Shown here: piece by piece, positions 19,484 through 30,937 of the stretch
Position numbering within the stretch: the first letter of the stretch is position 1
Layout of the letters: each line of letters starts with the position of its first letter
IMG/VR virus record: IMGVR_UViG_3300022602_000058
Location: 26,085 to 90,084 of that record
Source of the DNA: a virus
Reading direction: 5' to 3' (one strand)
Length of the DNA stretch: 64,000 nucleotides
Made by a program: the position numbers and the translations under genes
The notes under the pieces: generated by a model
What the model was told of the DNA's origin: nothing
Seen by the model: only the letters and a program-made list of their open reading frames with translations
Databases searched by the model: none

Positions 19484-21364
19484 ATGGCATCACCTAACAA
19501 TAATCAGTTTAACGATTTTAATTTACCTATTAACGGATACGCAGCATTTGATGCGTTAAGTTTAAAGAATCTTATTATCGCAAGACTTAATTCTACTAAT
19601 GCATATACCGATCAACGGTATGAAGGTAGTAATTTATCATCTATTATTGATATTATTGCTTATGCATACCACGTACTGCTCTTTTATCTAAACCGTACGA
19701 GTGCTGAAACGACACTTACAACAGCTGAACTCTACGAAAACGTTAATAAAATTGTTAAATTAATCGGATATAATCCTATCGGTTATCAAACAGCAATCCT
19801 ACCATTTAAAGCAACAGCTAATACTAGTTTTGCACCAGGTACCTATACCATACCACGCTATGCATATTTTAATATTGGCAATATTACATATTCTTTTAAT
19901 GCTGACGCTACCTTTACATATAACAATCTAGCAAATAGCTCTGCTTCAATTACCGACTTACAAGATAAAATACTTCTTTATCAAGGTGTATATACAGAGT
20001 ATCCAACATACTTTGCTACCGGTGCTCCATTTGAAGTACTCACACTTGCTATTGTAGATCCTAATAACCAAAATATTATTATTGATCACTTTAATATTGA
20101 TGTATATGTAAAAGATAGTTTAGATCCAAACGCTAAGTGGGTTCAATGGGCACCAACACAGTCATTATTTCTTGAACAATCTAATGCAACAAAATATGAA
20201 ATTCGTTTAAATGAAAACGGGCGTTATGAAATTAAATTTGGTAATAATGTAACAGGTAAACAACTCAATCCTAATACTCAAGTTGCTGTGTATTACATAC
20301 AATCTGCTGGCACAAGAGGACAAGTTGGACCAAATACACTCAATAATAATCAATTATTTTTCTACAGTACTGCTAGATTTAATAGTATTTCTAACGACGT
20401 AATACCTGCAAACTTAAAGTCGAATATTATCTTACCAACACAATCAGCTAATATTAATTTTTCAAACACTGACCCTTCGACAAACTTTGTAGCCGCTGAA
20501 AATGTTGATAGTATAAAATTAAACGCAGCAAATACTTTTAGAAGTCTATATAGACTCATCACACCCGACGACTTTACAACTTATATTAATAAAAATTACA
20601 GTAATATAATTGTATCAACACAGGTAGTGAGTAACTGGGATTATATTAGCGGCCATTTAAAGTACTATTTTGATTTAGGTATTTCTACACCTAACGTACA
20701 ATCACGTGTATTATACAATCAAGTTAAATTTGCAGATTCAACAAACTTTAATAATGTTTATATTTATGCTGTACCGAAATTAACAAAAATTTCATCAACT
20801 TCTACAAGAGTAAATTATCTTAATAACGCTCAAAAACAACTCATTACAAATGACTTACAGGGTGTTAAACTTACAACTGCCGAGCTAATTATTAACGATC
20901 CTGTATATGTAGAAGTCAGTCTTGGTGTAACTGTTCCAAATGTAGCGTTAGACCCATCATTCGGTAATAATACTAAACTAGTCATAACACGTGATATTGC
21001 ATCAAATACTACTGTCTCATCAATTCAAAGTCAGGTATCTAATATCTTTCAAAATTATTTTGCTACAACAAATAATAACCTCGGTCTCTTTATCGATATT
21101 AATACACAATTAACAAATGAGATTTTAGCTATTAATGGCGTTATAAGCGTAACTACACAATATACAGATCCAGAAGGTAATGTCTATACTGTACCAGGTG
21201 TAAGTTTATTAATTTATAATCCGATTTACCCATACGATGATATTAACGTATATACACAAAACGTACAATTACCGTATTTTAAATTCCCATACTTGAAAGA
21301 TACACTTAATTTTAGCAATAATATTAGCGTAATTACACCATCAATTCAGACACTGACTAATTAA
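19484..21364 (+). CDS. gp6: Baseplate wedge subunit gp6-like
   Basis: YTDQRYEGSNLSSIIDIIAY, YEIKFGNNVTGK, RLITPDDF. Confidence 0.92.
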   Translation: MASPNNNQFNDFNLPINGYAAFDALSLKNLIIARLNSTNAYTDQRYEGSNLSSIIDIIAYAYHVLLFYLNRTSAETTLTTAELYENVNKIVKLIGYNPIGYQTAILPFKATANTSFAPGTYTIPRYAYFNIGNITYSFNADATFTYNNLANSSASITDLQDKILLYQGVYTEYPTYFATGAPFEVLTLAIVDPNNQNIIIDHFNIDVYVKDSLDPNAKWVQWAPTQSLFLEQSNATKYEIRLNENGRYEIKFGNNVTGKQLNPNTQVAVYYIQSAGTRGQVGPNTLNNNQLFFYSTARFNSISNDVIPANLKSNIILPTQSANINFSNTDPSTNFVAAENVDSIKLNAANTFRSLYRLITPDDFTTYINKNYSNIIVSTQVVSNWDYISGHLKYYFDLGISTPNVQSRVLYNQVKFADSTNFNNVYIYAVPKLTKISSTSTRVNYLNNAQKQLITNDLQGVKLTTAELIINDPVYVEVSLGVTVPNVALDPSFGNNTKLVITRDIASNTTVSSIQSQVSNIFQNYFATTNNNLGLFIDINTQLTNEILAINGVISVTTQYTDPEGNVYTVPGVSLLIYNPIYPYDDINVYTQNVQLPYFKFPYLKDTLNFSNNISVITPSIQTLTN

Positions 21365-21369
21365 ATCTA

Positions 21370-24300
21370 ATGTCAACACAAAGTCTTAACTATACATACA
21401 TATATTTTGACGTGCGTGATTACACGAACAGCAATGTTTTATCATCATACACCCTAGGCAATACACCGCTTACCTTTATACCTGATTTTACAACATCAAA
21501 TATTCTATCTGGTGCACAGAATATTTCAAGTAAAACGCTCCGTTGGGAGTTCGGTGACGGTGCATATTCAAACGAGTTGAGTCCAACCCATTATTATCAA
21601 TGGCCTGGTGAGTATAATGTTACATTAACAGTTTATGATGGCAGCGGCAACGCATATGATAGTACATTCAGTTCAACGGTGCAGATTTATGATTTTATCG
21701 CAACTCAAATTTCCTTTCAAGATTATAAGAGCTTAATCTATGATATACCTGTCGGGCAATTAATCGACCCTTTAATTATTAATGCATATTTTAGCTGGCA
21801 AAACTATCAAACATTAAGTGCGACAGGTTATACTATTAATCTCTACGCATCCGGTGCGAGGGGAGCTTATAATTATGTTACAAAAGAGCAAAACGATAAA
21901 TGGGCACACCTTAGAAGTCTAAGTCGTTTTTATACACTATCAACTATTAACGGTAATCAGGGCTACGTTACGATAGAAAGTATACAACCAACAATAAAGC
22001 CAATTTACGTTAATATACAAAATAATCAGCTACAGCTTTGTAATTCTACAGATCCTGGAAGTATACTAGCTGGTGTTACCGGCTCATGTCAATTCTGGTA
22101 TACAGATGATATACCTGCAAATCTATTAACCGAGAGTAACCCAATTATTATTTTTGCATCTATTGATAATTCTAAATTTGAAGATGCATTTACACAAAGA
22201 ACTAACGTGTATGATTACATTAGTTACCCGCCCTACGGTTATCAAAATATCGACCCTGCTGTATTTCCGGATATTAAAACTCGCTATAATCCAGCAAATC
22301 ATCTATCAATCACTACAACGGGTATTGACGGTGAGGGTAATTTGATACCACCGTTTTCAGACTTTAATATCCCATATAGCAGTTGGCAAGACACTGAAGT
22401 ACCATATGTAATAAAATTTAAAGATAATATTAATTTTACAACTAAAAATTATCCACCACTTTCATCATCAATAGCTAACCCTTCAATTGCCCCGCAACCT
22501 GCTTATGATGTACAAACCGGTATTGTCTATGTAAGTGGTTATGGTATTGTACCATTAAGCAGTACAGTTTTAGTACCAGTGAGCGAGGTAACATTTTATG
22601 AGGATTTTCCTGCACAAGCACCACAGTCATTAGGAGCCTTTTATAAGGGATATTTTATAGCACAGCAATCAACAGAAAATTGTTATCTTACAGCTTCTGT
22701 CAATGTAATCGATCCACCTTATTACAAGAAAGACGCTCTTGTCAACTGGATTACAATACCACAATATAATTCTGCCTTGCGAATTATCAAGCAAGAAAAC
22801 TATAACGGATATAATAATTTACTAACTGTTACCTTTACTAATAATTCACTATTTCCGACAAGTTCAAATAATACATACGCAATTACCGTTGCACCTTCCG
22901 GTATCAATGCAGCCAATGATTATCAGACATGGTTTGCAGACCCTGTAAATGACCAGATATTAAAATATGATATATACGGTAATTTAGTGACATCATATTC
23001 ATTATCATCAGCTATTACACTAGTAAATAATCTAACAACAACACAAAATTTTCAAACACCAGCTTCAAATGGTATTCTACCTCATGCAACACCTAATGAT
23101 ATGGCTCTTGATGGTAATAATAACTTATGGGTTACGTTATTTGACAGTGGTTCGGCAATTAAATTTGATGCATCAACAGGATATATAACCGCTATTGCAA
23201 CGCCAAGTGGGTCAATTACGACGACATCTAATTTCTTCCCTACGCTAGGTTCTGACTATAATAGTTTGAGCGGATTTGCTGGTGAAAGCCTATTATTACC
23301 ATCTTCAATTGATACAGATATAGATAATAATATATGGGTTGCTTATACGCATCCAGATGCAAGCGCAATTGTAAAATACCAAGGCTCAAACAATCTTACT
23401 ATAGCTGCTGCTCAGCTCACAGCCATACCATTTCCATCAGGTATTACACCGGAGCAACTACAAATTGATAGAAACGGTTATGTTTGGGCTACAGCAATTA
23501 ATCACAATACTAACGGTGTAGGGTTTAATAATAGAAATGATTATCTCTATAAGTTTGATAGTAATGGCAATTTACTACCCGGGTACCCTTTAAGTGGTTT
23601 TAACCAAATTGGTAATATTACAATTGACGGAAATCAAAACGCTTGGGTCGTGCAAGGTGCTGAGACATTAACGAAAATCGATGGTGTCTCGGGTATAACA
23701 ACCAATTATATTGCAGGACTTGGTAAAAACCAGACAAATTATATTTGCAGTGTTGGTGGTTTAACCTGCGATACATCAAATAATATTTGGGTCATTAATA
23801 ATTTTGATAATAGAGTATATGTTATTGATGCTAACTTACCATCAACAGGTGCACTTAATGCAAAGTATACAATACCTCTCAATTATCCTAACTCTACCTT
23901 ACCACCTATAACATCTTATTCTTTTGATGCCGATACTTTAGCGTATTTTCAAACAGCTAATATTACAGATTCCGTAGCACAACAACAACTTGCATTCTTT
24001 ATAGCAGGTGTAAAGCAGCTTGGACTTTGGAATAATCTTATTTGCTGGCCTTTAATAAGTACGCAGAATTCTAATACAGGTACAATATATAGTTTAGGTG
24101 GATATGGCTCGTATAACGGTTATCTTGCAAGTTATAAAAATGGTCTATACACCACACCTACCTCTCTCCCTACATCCGGTCCAGGTGCAACAGTTTCAAG
24201 TGTACTAACTATAAGTGGTTTTACCACTACGACTGTCAATTCAGCGATGCTTGTAATACCTAATGCTGATATATTATCCGGTGATCCAATAACATCGGGT

Positions 24301-25839
24301 ATTGTATATGAGGGTATTGAACCTCTTTGGGCCGGTGGAGAGTTTTGGATGTATGGTAATACATACGGTAATACTGGTAATCCTAATGGCGGTGGTTGGT
24401 TTAGAGAATCAGGTGATGTTGGTATTTTAAACCAGATGCATAATACCACAATGACAGACTCTATTACATCATTTACTTCTAGTGATGGTACATCACACGG
24501 TCAATTATTACTTTATACTAACGTAACACAAGGTACTAATTCGTATAATTTTAATAACGGTACATCTGATCGCATACAGCAAGTACCTGCATATCAATAC
24601 CCACCTGCAACAGGCTCATATTCATATCAAGTAGGTCGATCGACCAGCACAGCTCTACCTGCAGCTACAGGTAGAGCAGCATTCCATTATGTTGTTAAAA
24701 ATACCGCGTTAACAAGCGGTCAAGTAGCTGCATTATATGCTCTTTATATTACAACACTTGGTAGTAATTTAAAGAATTTTGGTACACCGCAAAGTTATAG
24801 TACTAATACACCACTTGTAACAAGTTTTACACCCACTACAATTCCCCCTAATCAATATAGCGACGGATTACAAGAATTTCAAGCTTACGGGGACTGGAAT
24901 GGATATAATTGGTTAAACAAATATGCTTCACCTATCAGTACATTTCGTACTATTACCGGTGCATCAAATTTGTTCAATATATACCCGGCAACAGGGCAAT
25001 TCAACATTGCAAAAATAAATGAAAATTGGAATGCATCTGGTTATTATGACTCATTACGCTTTCAAGAAACACTCTTAGATAAACAGGTCTTTTTTGATCA
25101 ATTCTTAGGTGTCATTCTCGGTAATATGGACGCACAGCCTTATGAACTCGGTAAAACAGTTTATGAAAAGATAGCTAACTTTGTTGATAATAACGCTGAC
25201 ATTGATAAGGTCAACATCAACGAATTATTTTCATTCTGCACTGAATTATCAATAGAATTTGACCAATACAATGTTGTGTTCCCACCACAGTTACGTCGTC
25301 TTGTTGACCTTCTATCTATTAAACAGAGTAAGCTATGGGGTACAACTAATAAGTACGGTACAAACTTTGATGCACGGGGTACAATATTTCCAAATAATAC
25401 ATACGGTATTAATTTAAGCTCTATTATTGATCCTCTCACCGGTACATTTATAAACGGAGTACCGATTGTAGCGCAAGAAACATTCTCCGGTAACTATAAA
25501 GTTGTTAATACTAATCTTATCAATGATTATAATATCGGTGATAGTATACCACTTTCCGCCTATACACCTAATTGGGGTTGGGGGTTGGTAGCACCTGATA
25601 TTACAGGTTATCAAATTAACAATTATTATAGTTTCTACGTATATAACCCTGTATATAGTGATACACATTATGACAATATAATTGATTGGAATGACCCGTA
25701 TACTACCCTCGCACCAACTAATAGCGCCTACGCAGATTGGAGTTCTGATAACGGTATAGTACAGAGTTTGCTTAGCTATGAGATAACTAAAGGATTCCGG
25801 TTATTTACTTCGGCAGCTAACATTACATACAACAACTAA
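21370..25839 (+). CDS. Large virion/baseplate protein with PKD domain and beta-propeller repeats
   Basis: WEFGDG..PTHYY..PGEYNVTLTV (PKD); repeated D.(N)NN(L/I)WV blades; follows gp6. Confidence 0.7.
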   Translation: MSTQSLNYTYIYFDVRDYTNSNVLSSYTLGNTPLTFIPDFTTSNILSGAQNISSKTLRWEFGDGAYSNELSPTHYYQWPGEYNVTLTVYDGSGNAYDSTFSSTVQIYDFIATQISFQDYKSLIYDIPVGQLIDPLIINAYFSWQNYQTLSATGYTINLYASGARGAYNYVTKEQNDKWAHLRSLSRFYTLSTINGNQGYVTIESIQPTIKPIYVNIQNNQLQLCNSTDPGSILAGVTGSCQFWYTDDIPANLLTESNPIIIFASIDNSKFEDAFTQRTNVYDYISYPPYGYQNIDPAVFPDIKTRYNPANHLSITTTGIDGEGNLIPPFSDFNIPYSSWQDTEVPYVIKFKDNINFTTKNYPPLSSSIANPSIAPQPAYDVQTGIVYVSGYGIVPLSSTVLVPVSEVTFYEDFPAQAPQSLGAFYKGYFIAQQSTENCYLTASVNVIDPPYYKKDALVNWITIPQYNSALRIIKQENYNGYNNLLTVTFTNNSLFPTSSNNTYAITVAPSGINAANDYQTWFADPVNDQILKYDIYGNLVTSYSLSSAITLVNNLTTTQNFQTPASNGILPHATPNDMALDGNNNLWVTLFDSGSAIKFDASTGYITAIATPSGSITTTSNFFPTLGSDYNSLSGFAGESLLLPSSIDTDIDNNIWVAYTHPDASAIVKYQGSNNLTIAAAQLTAIPFPSGITPEQLQIDRNGYVWATAINHNTNGVGFNNRNDYLYKFDSNGNLLPGYPLSGFNQIGNITIDGNQNAWVVQGAETLTKIDGVSGITTNYIAGLGKNQTNYICSVGGLTCDTSNNIWVINNFDNRVYVIDANLPSTGALNAKYTIPLNYPNSTLPPITSYSFDADTLAYFQTANITDSVAQQQLAFFIAGVKQLGLWNNLICWPLISTQNSNTGTIYSLGGYGSYNGYLASYKNGLYTTPTSLPTSGPGATVSSVLTISGFTTTTVNSAMLVIPNADILSGDPITSGIVYEGIEPLWAGGEFWMYGNTYGNTGNPNGGGWFRESGDVGILNQMHNTTMTDSITSFTSSDGTSHGQLLLYTNVTQGTNSYNFNNGTSDRIQQVPAYQYPPATGSYSYQVGRSTSTALPAATGRAAFHYVVKNTALTSGQVAALYALYITTLGSNLKNFGTPQSYSTNTPLVTSFTPTTIPPNQYSDGLQEFQAYGDWNGYNWLNKYASPISTFRTITGASNLFNIYPATGQFNIAKINENWNASGYYDSLRFQETLLDKQVFFDQFLGVILGNMDAQPYELGKTVYEKIANFVDNNADIDKVNINELFSFCTELSIEFDQYNVVFPPQLRRLVDLLSIKQSKLWGTTNKYGTNFDARGTIFPNNTYGINLSSIIDPLTGTFINGVPIVAQETFSGNYKVVNTNLINDYNIGDSIPLSAYTPNWGWGLVAPDITGYQINNYYSFYVYNPVYSDTHYDNIIDWNDPYTTLAPTNSAYADWSSDNGIVQSLLSYEITKGFRLFTSAANITYNN

Positions 25840-25856
25840 TTTAGCTAAATATTTCC

Positions 25857-28800
25857 ATGGCCGAGACCTTACAATTTATAGATGAAAGACTCAGCAATTC
25901 GATTACCGCTATTGTACCGACTGATAAGCCTGTAGATAGATTACAACCGCTAACATTTACCGATTGGTTGTCATATAATACAAAGCTATTTACAACAACT
26001 AATGAATTTTTAAATAGATATCAATCTTATCTCAATAATTGGTATGCAGCAAAAGGAGCTAATGTAAAACAGGCATCTGCCGGAATACAAACATACTACA
26101 CTAATTTAATAAACGAAATTGTTATTAGTTACACATCTGCAGACGAGCAGCGTTACTTACAAAATATTGATGTAACAAATCCACGAGATCTCGCTATCGT
26201 TGTACCTTTTATATCACAGAAGATTAAGGATATTTGCATATATTATAGTAATCTACGTGACGACGTTAAAACAGCGTCAACGCAGTATAACTTAAAAGGT
26301 TCAAATATCGGTATAGAGAACTTACTATATGTTAACATTATAAAGGCGCTTAAAACGCAGAATTTAAGTACCACTCTTAATACGTTAAATCTTTCTCTTT
26401 CTACTATCAGTAATAATCTCATTATAGACATCGAAGATCTATTTGATACATATACTGACTATTATGATATTAGCCCAACAGCACCCGCATCAGCGTACAA
26501 CGTCAATAAAGGCGCTAGAAAGGATTATTTTAGTTTAAATCAAAACAATATTGACCCGTATCTGTATCTTAATATTAATCAGAGCGTATTAAATGCAATT
26601 CTTTCATATCCATTTTATACAATTGAATTTGGTACCAATAACTTTACTATTGATCCTTTAGTAAACTCAAGCCAATTAAATTTTCTTAAAGATCGTGATT
26701 TTACTTCTACAGTTAATGACGGTGATGTAAATAATCTTAATTTACAAATTCAGAGCCAGGAAATTACAAAGTATATTGGAGCTGATTTTTATTATATCGC
26801 GACAGGTAGTACACAGACAGCCTATACTTCAGGTTTGCTCTTTAAATCAAATAGCGAGTACGCTAACGTTTTAAATAAACGATACCCAAGTATTGCTGCT
26901 GTACCTAGTGAGGAATTTTTAAAAACAGGTAAAGAGATTGGTTTGTTTTTTAAACCAGATAAAATCGGTTTGATTAATTTTACAAATTTTAACTTTACTG
27001 CAACAATTGATCTAACCAAGCTACAACCTAATACGGTATATTACTTCCCGGATCCATCAAAATATGGTAATATATCTGGCAATACTAAACTTGACTTTCA
27101 ATCACCGGTAACGTTTTTTGAAAATAATTATTTCAATAAAATTGATTACTCTAATCAATATATGTTTGGTGATGTAGTAAGTGATCCGTATTATCAGACA
27201 TTTCGTGCCTATCAATCACGTGAACAAACTCTAAACTATTCTAATTTCGGTGTTCAACGATATACAGATTCACAAGATTTCTTTAAAGGAGATCAAGATG
27301 CAATATGGAGTAACGTTGACGTATATCCAATAACACCGTATGGTGAATATCCATTAAATGAGAGAACAGAGGCGTTATTACCGATTAATAAAACACTTGT
27401 TCAATATAAGAGTGACGTATATGGTAATCAGTATGGTCTTTATAAATCAGCTGTTAATAAACAATTTGGCTCGATTGTACCTTCACATATTATTAATGAT
27501 GTTGTATTTGATGGGTATGTGTTTAATTTAACAGCAGTAGATATAAACTGGCCAGGTTGGTATAAAGCTAAAGGTAATGTTGAGAATGTTAAATATATGA
27601 CGCTTGGCTCAACATTGAGCTATTCAGGTGTTGCGTTTAAAACAAGTATTACCGAATCAGTAGATACTACTTACGGTACACCTATTACATCAAACAATAA
27701 TACAACATTTAATACACTGTACGACTATTACGGTGAACTAATCTACAGTAATATATATGTTGATAATAACGGCTCATTTCTTGACGGTGGCGATGCAATC
27801 GTGCTAGAATCATATGATTTTTCAACCAACGATACAACACATAATGGGTTTGGCGGGTATTTAGCCACATATACCTGTAGTATAAGAGATGCGGAGTCAT
27901 TTATTAGTCCGCTTACAGCATTTCTTCCTGATTCACCAAGCGATCAAGCCGGCTTTAACATTGCTGATTCATCACTCTATTATAACACACTAGCAGATGC
28001 GTCACCGCAACCAAATGGGCCTAACGCAGTTGCAACATTCTTAGATCAGGCTCATTTCTATACAAATAATACTACAAATAATTATATAACCGAAACATAT
28101 GACTGTAATGTATTCATTGATTCAAACAACGTTAACCCATGCCCAGTAGTCGGTGCATTAAGCGGTATACACGATACAATAATATATACATATTCATACA
28201 CTGAGCCTACTAACTTCGAAAATATAAGACTATCAAATACTGATACAGTTTTAGATTTCTCTCTTACTGGTGTTAATACAACAAAGAATTCTATCTATTA
28301 TACACGCAATGTAGAGTATGGTGATTTCTATTTTAGAAACGCAAGCAATACATTCATCGGACCAATTTCTTCATCTTTAAGTGCCGTATTTGTAAATTTC
28401 TCACCAGCTGTAAGTGCAGAGCTAACGAATAGTGTTATTAATTTTGACATGTACTATGATACACTACAAATAGAAACAGAAAACTATTTAGTGTTTAATA
28501 AGCTTGTTTATGATTTTGATACCAATCAAGTACTAGGCACAACAAATCTTTATTCAGTAATAGAACGTGGTGATTCACCTGAAGTAGAGAAATTCTCAAC
28601 AGTTTGGTTGGATGAAAGAGAAAATACTCTTATTGCTGCTAAAACAACATTACTGCAAGGTAATTTAAGTGCTACTAATTACAAAGTAATCTACCCTACA
28701 ATTTATAAGACTGATTTAGTAACAGGTCAAACAATTCAAGTATACCCTGCTAAACCAGCAAATACCTTAACGTTTGCCGAGCTCAGTGCTTTCTCTCTAC

Positions 28801-29144
28801 TAGGTAAAAATCTCGAAGTTGAGATTGTACGAGTCGAGAAACCAACACTCAAATATAGTAACGATACGGATTACTACACATTAACATATCTAGGTAAGGA
28901 CACAGCTAACTGCTTCTATATTATTACTATTCGCTTCCAGTATATACAGAATATAATTCAAAACTTAACATGTACCCTTCACAAGCCAGCCACAGACGTT
29001 TATAATATAACATTCGCTAATCAACTACCCAATGGTACACGTGTGGGTAGTCCATATTTTAACACATATACAGTTGCTGGATCTGCAACTGGGCGTATAG
29101 CTAATGACCAAACGTTTATTTGGGGATATAATGTTAATGCTTAA
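25857..29144 (+). CDS. Large virion structural protein (hypothetical)
   Basis: 1095 aa; N/T/Y-rich; TAAATA 5 nt upstream; continues the baseplate block. Confidence 0.6.
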   Translation: MAETLQFIDERLSNSITAIVPTDKPVDRLQPLTFTDWLSYNTKLFTTTNEFLNRYQSYLNNWYAAKGANVKQASAGIQTYYTNLINEIVISYTSADEQRYLQNIDVTNPRDLAIVVPFISQKIKDICIYYSNLRDDVKTASTQYNLKGSNIGIENLLYVNIIKALKTQNLSTTLNTLNLSLSTISNNLIIDIEDLFDTYTDYYDISPTAPASAYNVNKGARKDYFSLNQNNIDPYLYLNINQSVLNAILSYPFYTIEFGTNNFTIDPLVNSSQLNFLKDRDFTSTVNDGDVNNLNLQIQSQEITKYIGADFYYIATGSTQTAYTSGLLFKSNSEYANVLNKRYPSIAAVPSEEFLKTGKEIGLFFKPDKIGLINFTNFNFTATIDLTKLQPNTVYYFPDPSKYGNISGNTKLDFQSPVTFFENNYFNKIDYSNQYMFGDVVSDPYYQTFRAYQSREQTLNYSNFGVQRYTDSQDFFKGDQDAIWSNVDVYPITPYGEYPLNERTEALLPINKTLVQYKSDVYGNQYGLYKSAVNKQFGSIVPSHIINDVVFDGYVFNLTAVDINWPGWYKAKGNVENVKYMTLGSTLSYSGVAFKTSITESVDTTYGTPITSNNNTTFNTLYDYYGELIYSNIYVDNNGSFLDGGDAIVLESYDFSTNDTTHNGFGGYLATYTCSIRDAESFISPLTAFLPDSPSDQAGFNIADSSLYYNTLADASPQPNGPNAVATFLDQAHFYTNNTTNNYITETYDCNVFIDSNNVNPCPVVGALSGIHDTIIYTYSYTEPTNFENIRLSNTDTVLDFSLTGVNTTKNSIYYTRNVEYGDFYFRNASNTFIGPISSSLSAVFVNFSPAVSAELTNSVINFDMYYDTLQIETENYLVFNKLVYDFDTNQVLGTTNLYSVIERGDSPEVEKFSTVWLDERENTLIAAKTTLLQGNLSATNYKVIYPTIYKTDLVTGQTIQVYPAKPANTLTFAELSAFSLLGKNLEVEIVRVEKPTLKYSNDTDYYTLTYLGKDTANCFYIITIRFQYIQNIIQNLTCTLHKPATDVYNITFANQLPNGTRVGSPYFNTYTVAGSATGRIANDQTFIWGYNVNA

Positions 29145-29500
29145 TTAAGCGTAAGAAGATACTTGAGACGATTTAATTCACCTAGCATCTCGTCACGTAT
29201 ATTTAAAAGATCAGTATCATTGACAGGATCAACCTCGTTTGTAATATCAATAAGATATCCAATATATTCATCAATAGCTAATAAAAAATTATCACTAAAA
29301 TTTTCAAGCTCAATAGTATAATGGGTTGAAGCCTTAGCACGGCCATACTTACCCATAAAGGTCTCGACAAACTGATCAATTAACTCATCAAAATGCTCAT
29401 ACGCTTTATTAAAGGCCTTGTGTTGGGAGTAGCTAGTTGTTTGCCAATGAAAGATTCTTATTTGATTCTGTATTTTGAGAAAAGGCGTTATAAGTTTCAT
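29141..29500 (-). CDS. Ferritin/Dps-like four-helix protein (DUF5856-like)
   Basis: IFHWQTTSYSQHKAF..IDQFVETFMGKYGR..LLNIRDEMLGELNRLKYLLTL. Confidence 0.75.
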   Translation of the reverse strand: MKLITPFLKIQNQIRIFHWQTTSYSQHKAFNKAYEHFDELIDQFVETFMGKYGRAKASTHYTIELENFSDNFLLAIDEYIGYLIDITNEVDPVNDTDLLNIRDEMLGELNRLKYLLTLN

Positions 29501-29514
29501 TTTCTATATTTATA

Positions 29515-29970
29515 TTAAGAAGCTCCAAAGGCAGTACAGAGAATAGATGTTGTATCATGTTGCGTACTAATAGTTGATGTACTATAAGATTCATATTCAC
29601 CATAGGGATCGGCAGACATGGAACTAGCAACCACTGGTTGCGGCGTAGTAATTGATTTATCTAATTTAGCTAAAATAAGTACAAGAAGTTGATGCATAAC
29701 AATATCAGAGTTAGCTTCATTTACAAACTCTACGATATCAGCCCGTGTAAGTTTGCCTTTTAAAACTTCAAATGGGTTAGCATAATGCCCAAACACAAAA
29801 TGAGGCAGATATTTGTTAGCCAAAGTAGCACAATCTTTAATAACATGAAAGGCTGCAGGTACTTGAATAGTGACACCTGTTTCTGGCCTTTCAGAAGCTT
29901 TTTTTGAGGGACCGTTAAGCTTAGCTTCTTTAATCTGACTATTTTCAAATATCACATCAATAAACTTCAT
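29515..29970 (-). CDS. Hypothetical protein
   Basis: 151 aa ORF coupled to the upstream gene (TAATG overlap). Confidence 0.65.
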   Translation of the reverse strand: MKFIDVIFENSQIKEAKLNGPSKKASERPETGVTIQVPAAFHVIKDCATLANKYLPHFVFGHYANPFEVLKGKLTRADIVEFVNEANSDIVMHQLLVLILAKLDKSITTPQPVVASSMSADPYGEYESYSTSTISTQHDTTSILCTAFGAS

Positions 29971-30653
29971 TATCGTAGATAGTTAAGCATAGATATAATT
30001 TCATGCTTCATATAATTTACCGGGTAATGTGTAAATTTACAAGCCTCTCTATCAAAATAAAGTATACCGAGTTGTTGTACTTTTCTACCTGTTATTCCTT
30101 GGTACATATAGGCATATAGAGAAAGCTGTAAAGCATAATTTGAATATTCACAAGCTGGTAAATGTTCTACAGGGGAAAGCAAATAATCATTGTACTGACT
30201 ATACATATTAAACTTTTTATTAGTCTTGAAGTCAAATACACTAAACCCACCCTTATCTTCAATACGAATAATATCTGCAGTACCTGCTATCTTATATTCA
30301 TGATTATATACTTGTTGTTCAATAAGAAGATTATCACGCTTACTATCAATAAGATCTAAGTCAATATAAGCCTGGATAATATCGACATATTGCACGTCAT
30401 AGGTACCTAGCTTATTGTATTGCTCAATTGCTGCGTGTATCTCTGTACCGTAGCTTTTGCTAAAATCGTTTGATTGCTTCCATTCCGCTTTTACTTCTTC
30501 TACAGTACACTTTCTCTTCTTTGCTACTCGCTCAGCAACAATATCAGCTTCAAAAGGCTTCTTAAATTTACTTAGTACTGACGAGGCTGAAGCATAAACT
30601 TCACCTGTAAATTCGTTTTTATATGAATGGGCTATAGGGTCAAAAACTAACAT
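29970..30653 (-). CDS. PD-(D/E)XK exonuclease (Cas4/RecB-like)
   Basis: GTEIHAAIE, IAGTADII, VFDFKT, YALQLSLY. Confidence 0.88.
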   Translation of the reverse strand: MLVFDPIAHSYKNEFTGEVYASASSVLSKFKKPFEADIVAERVAKKRKCTVEEVKAEWKQSNDFSKSYGTEIHAAIEQYNKLGTYDVQYVDIIQAYIDLDLIDSKRDNLLIEQQVYNHEYKIAGTADIIRIEDKGGFSVFDFKTNKKFNMYSQYNDYLLSPVEHLPACEYSNYALQLSLYAYMYQGITGRKVQQLGILYFDREACKFTHYPVNYMKHEIISMLNYLR

Positions 30654-30661
30654 ATCGAATG

Positions 30662-30690
30662 ATTATAAATCATACGAGTTGTATAATCAA
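30662..30690 (-). promoter_or_regulatory. Sigma70-like early promoter
   Basis: TTGATT-N17-TATAAT upstream of the PD-(D/E)XK nuclease gene. Confidence 0.65.
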
Positions 30691-30692
30691 CT

Positions 30693-30899
30693 CTATTCTG
30701 TATAAACATATGTACAGGTATATCCTGTATCAATAAGAGATTTATGAACTAGAGTGCATCTCATTGAGAGTAAACGTCTGTTCAATGTCGCAAACCATTG
30801 CTTCTTAACATTAACAATAATACTATTTTTCTTGTTATCAACAAGCATAGTGTCTGTGAATTCTTCGCATATTGAAGCTATGGACGCAAGAGCTGACAT
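30693..30899 (-). CDS. Hypothetical protein
   Basis: 68 aa ORF with TAAATA upstream. Confidence 0.5.
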   Translation of the reverse strand: MSALASIASICEEFTDTMLVDNKKNSIIVNVKKQWFATLNRRLLSMRCTLVHKSLIDTGYTCTYVYTE

Positions 30900-30937
30900 T
30901 ATACATATATTTAAGTTTTCCTACCAGCTGTTATGAT

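Noticed and set aside
29970-30653. Cas4-like nuclease as evidence of a CRISPR system
   Set aside because: No array or other cas genes, and no four-Cys Fe-S motif; stand-alone PD-(D/E)XK nucleases are common in phages
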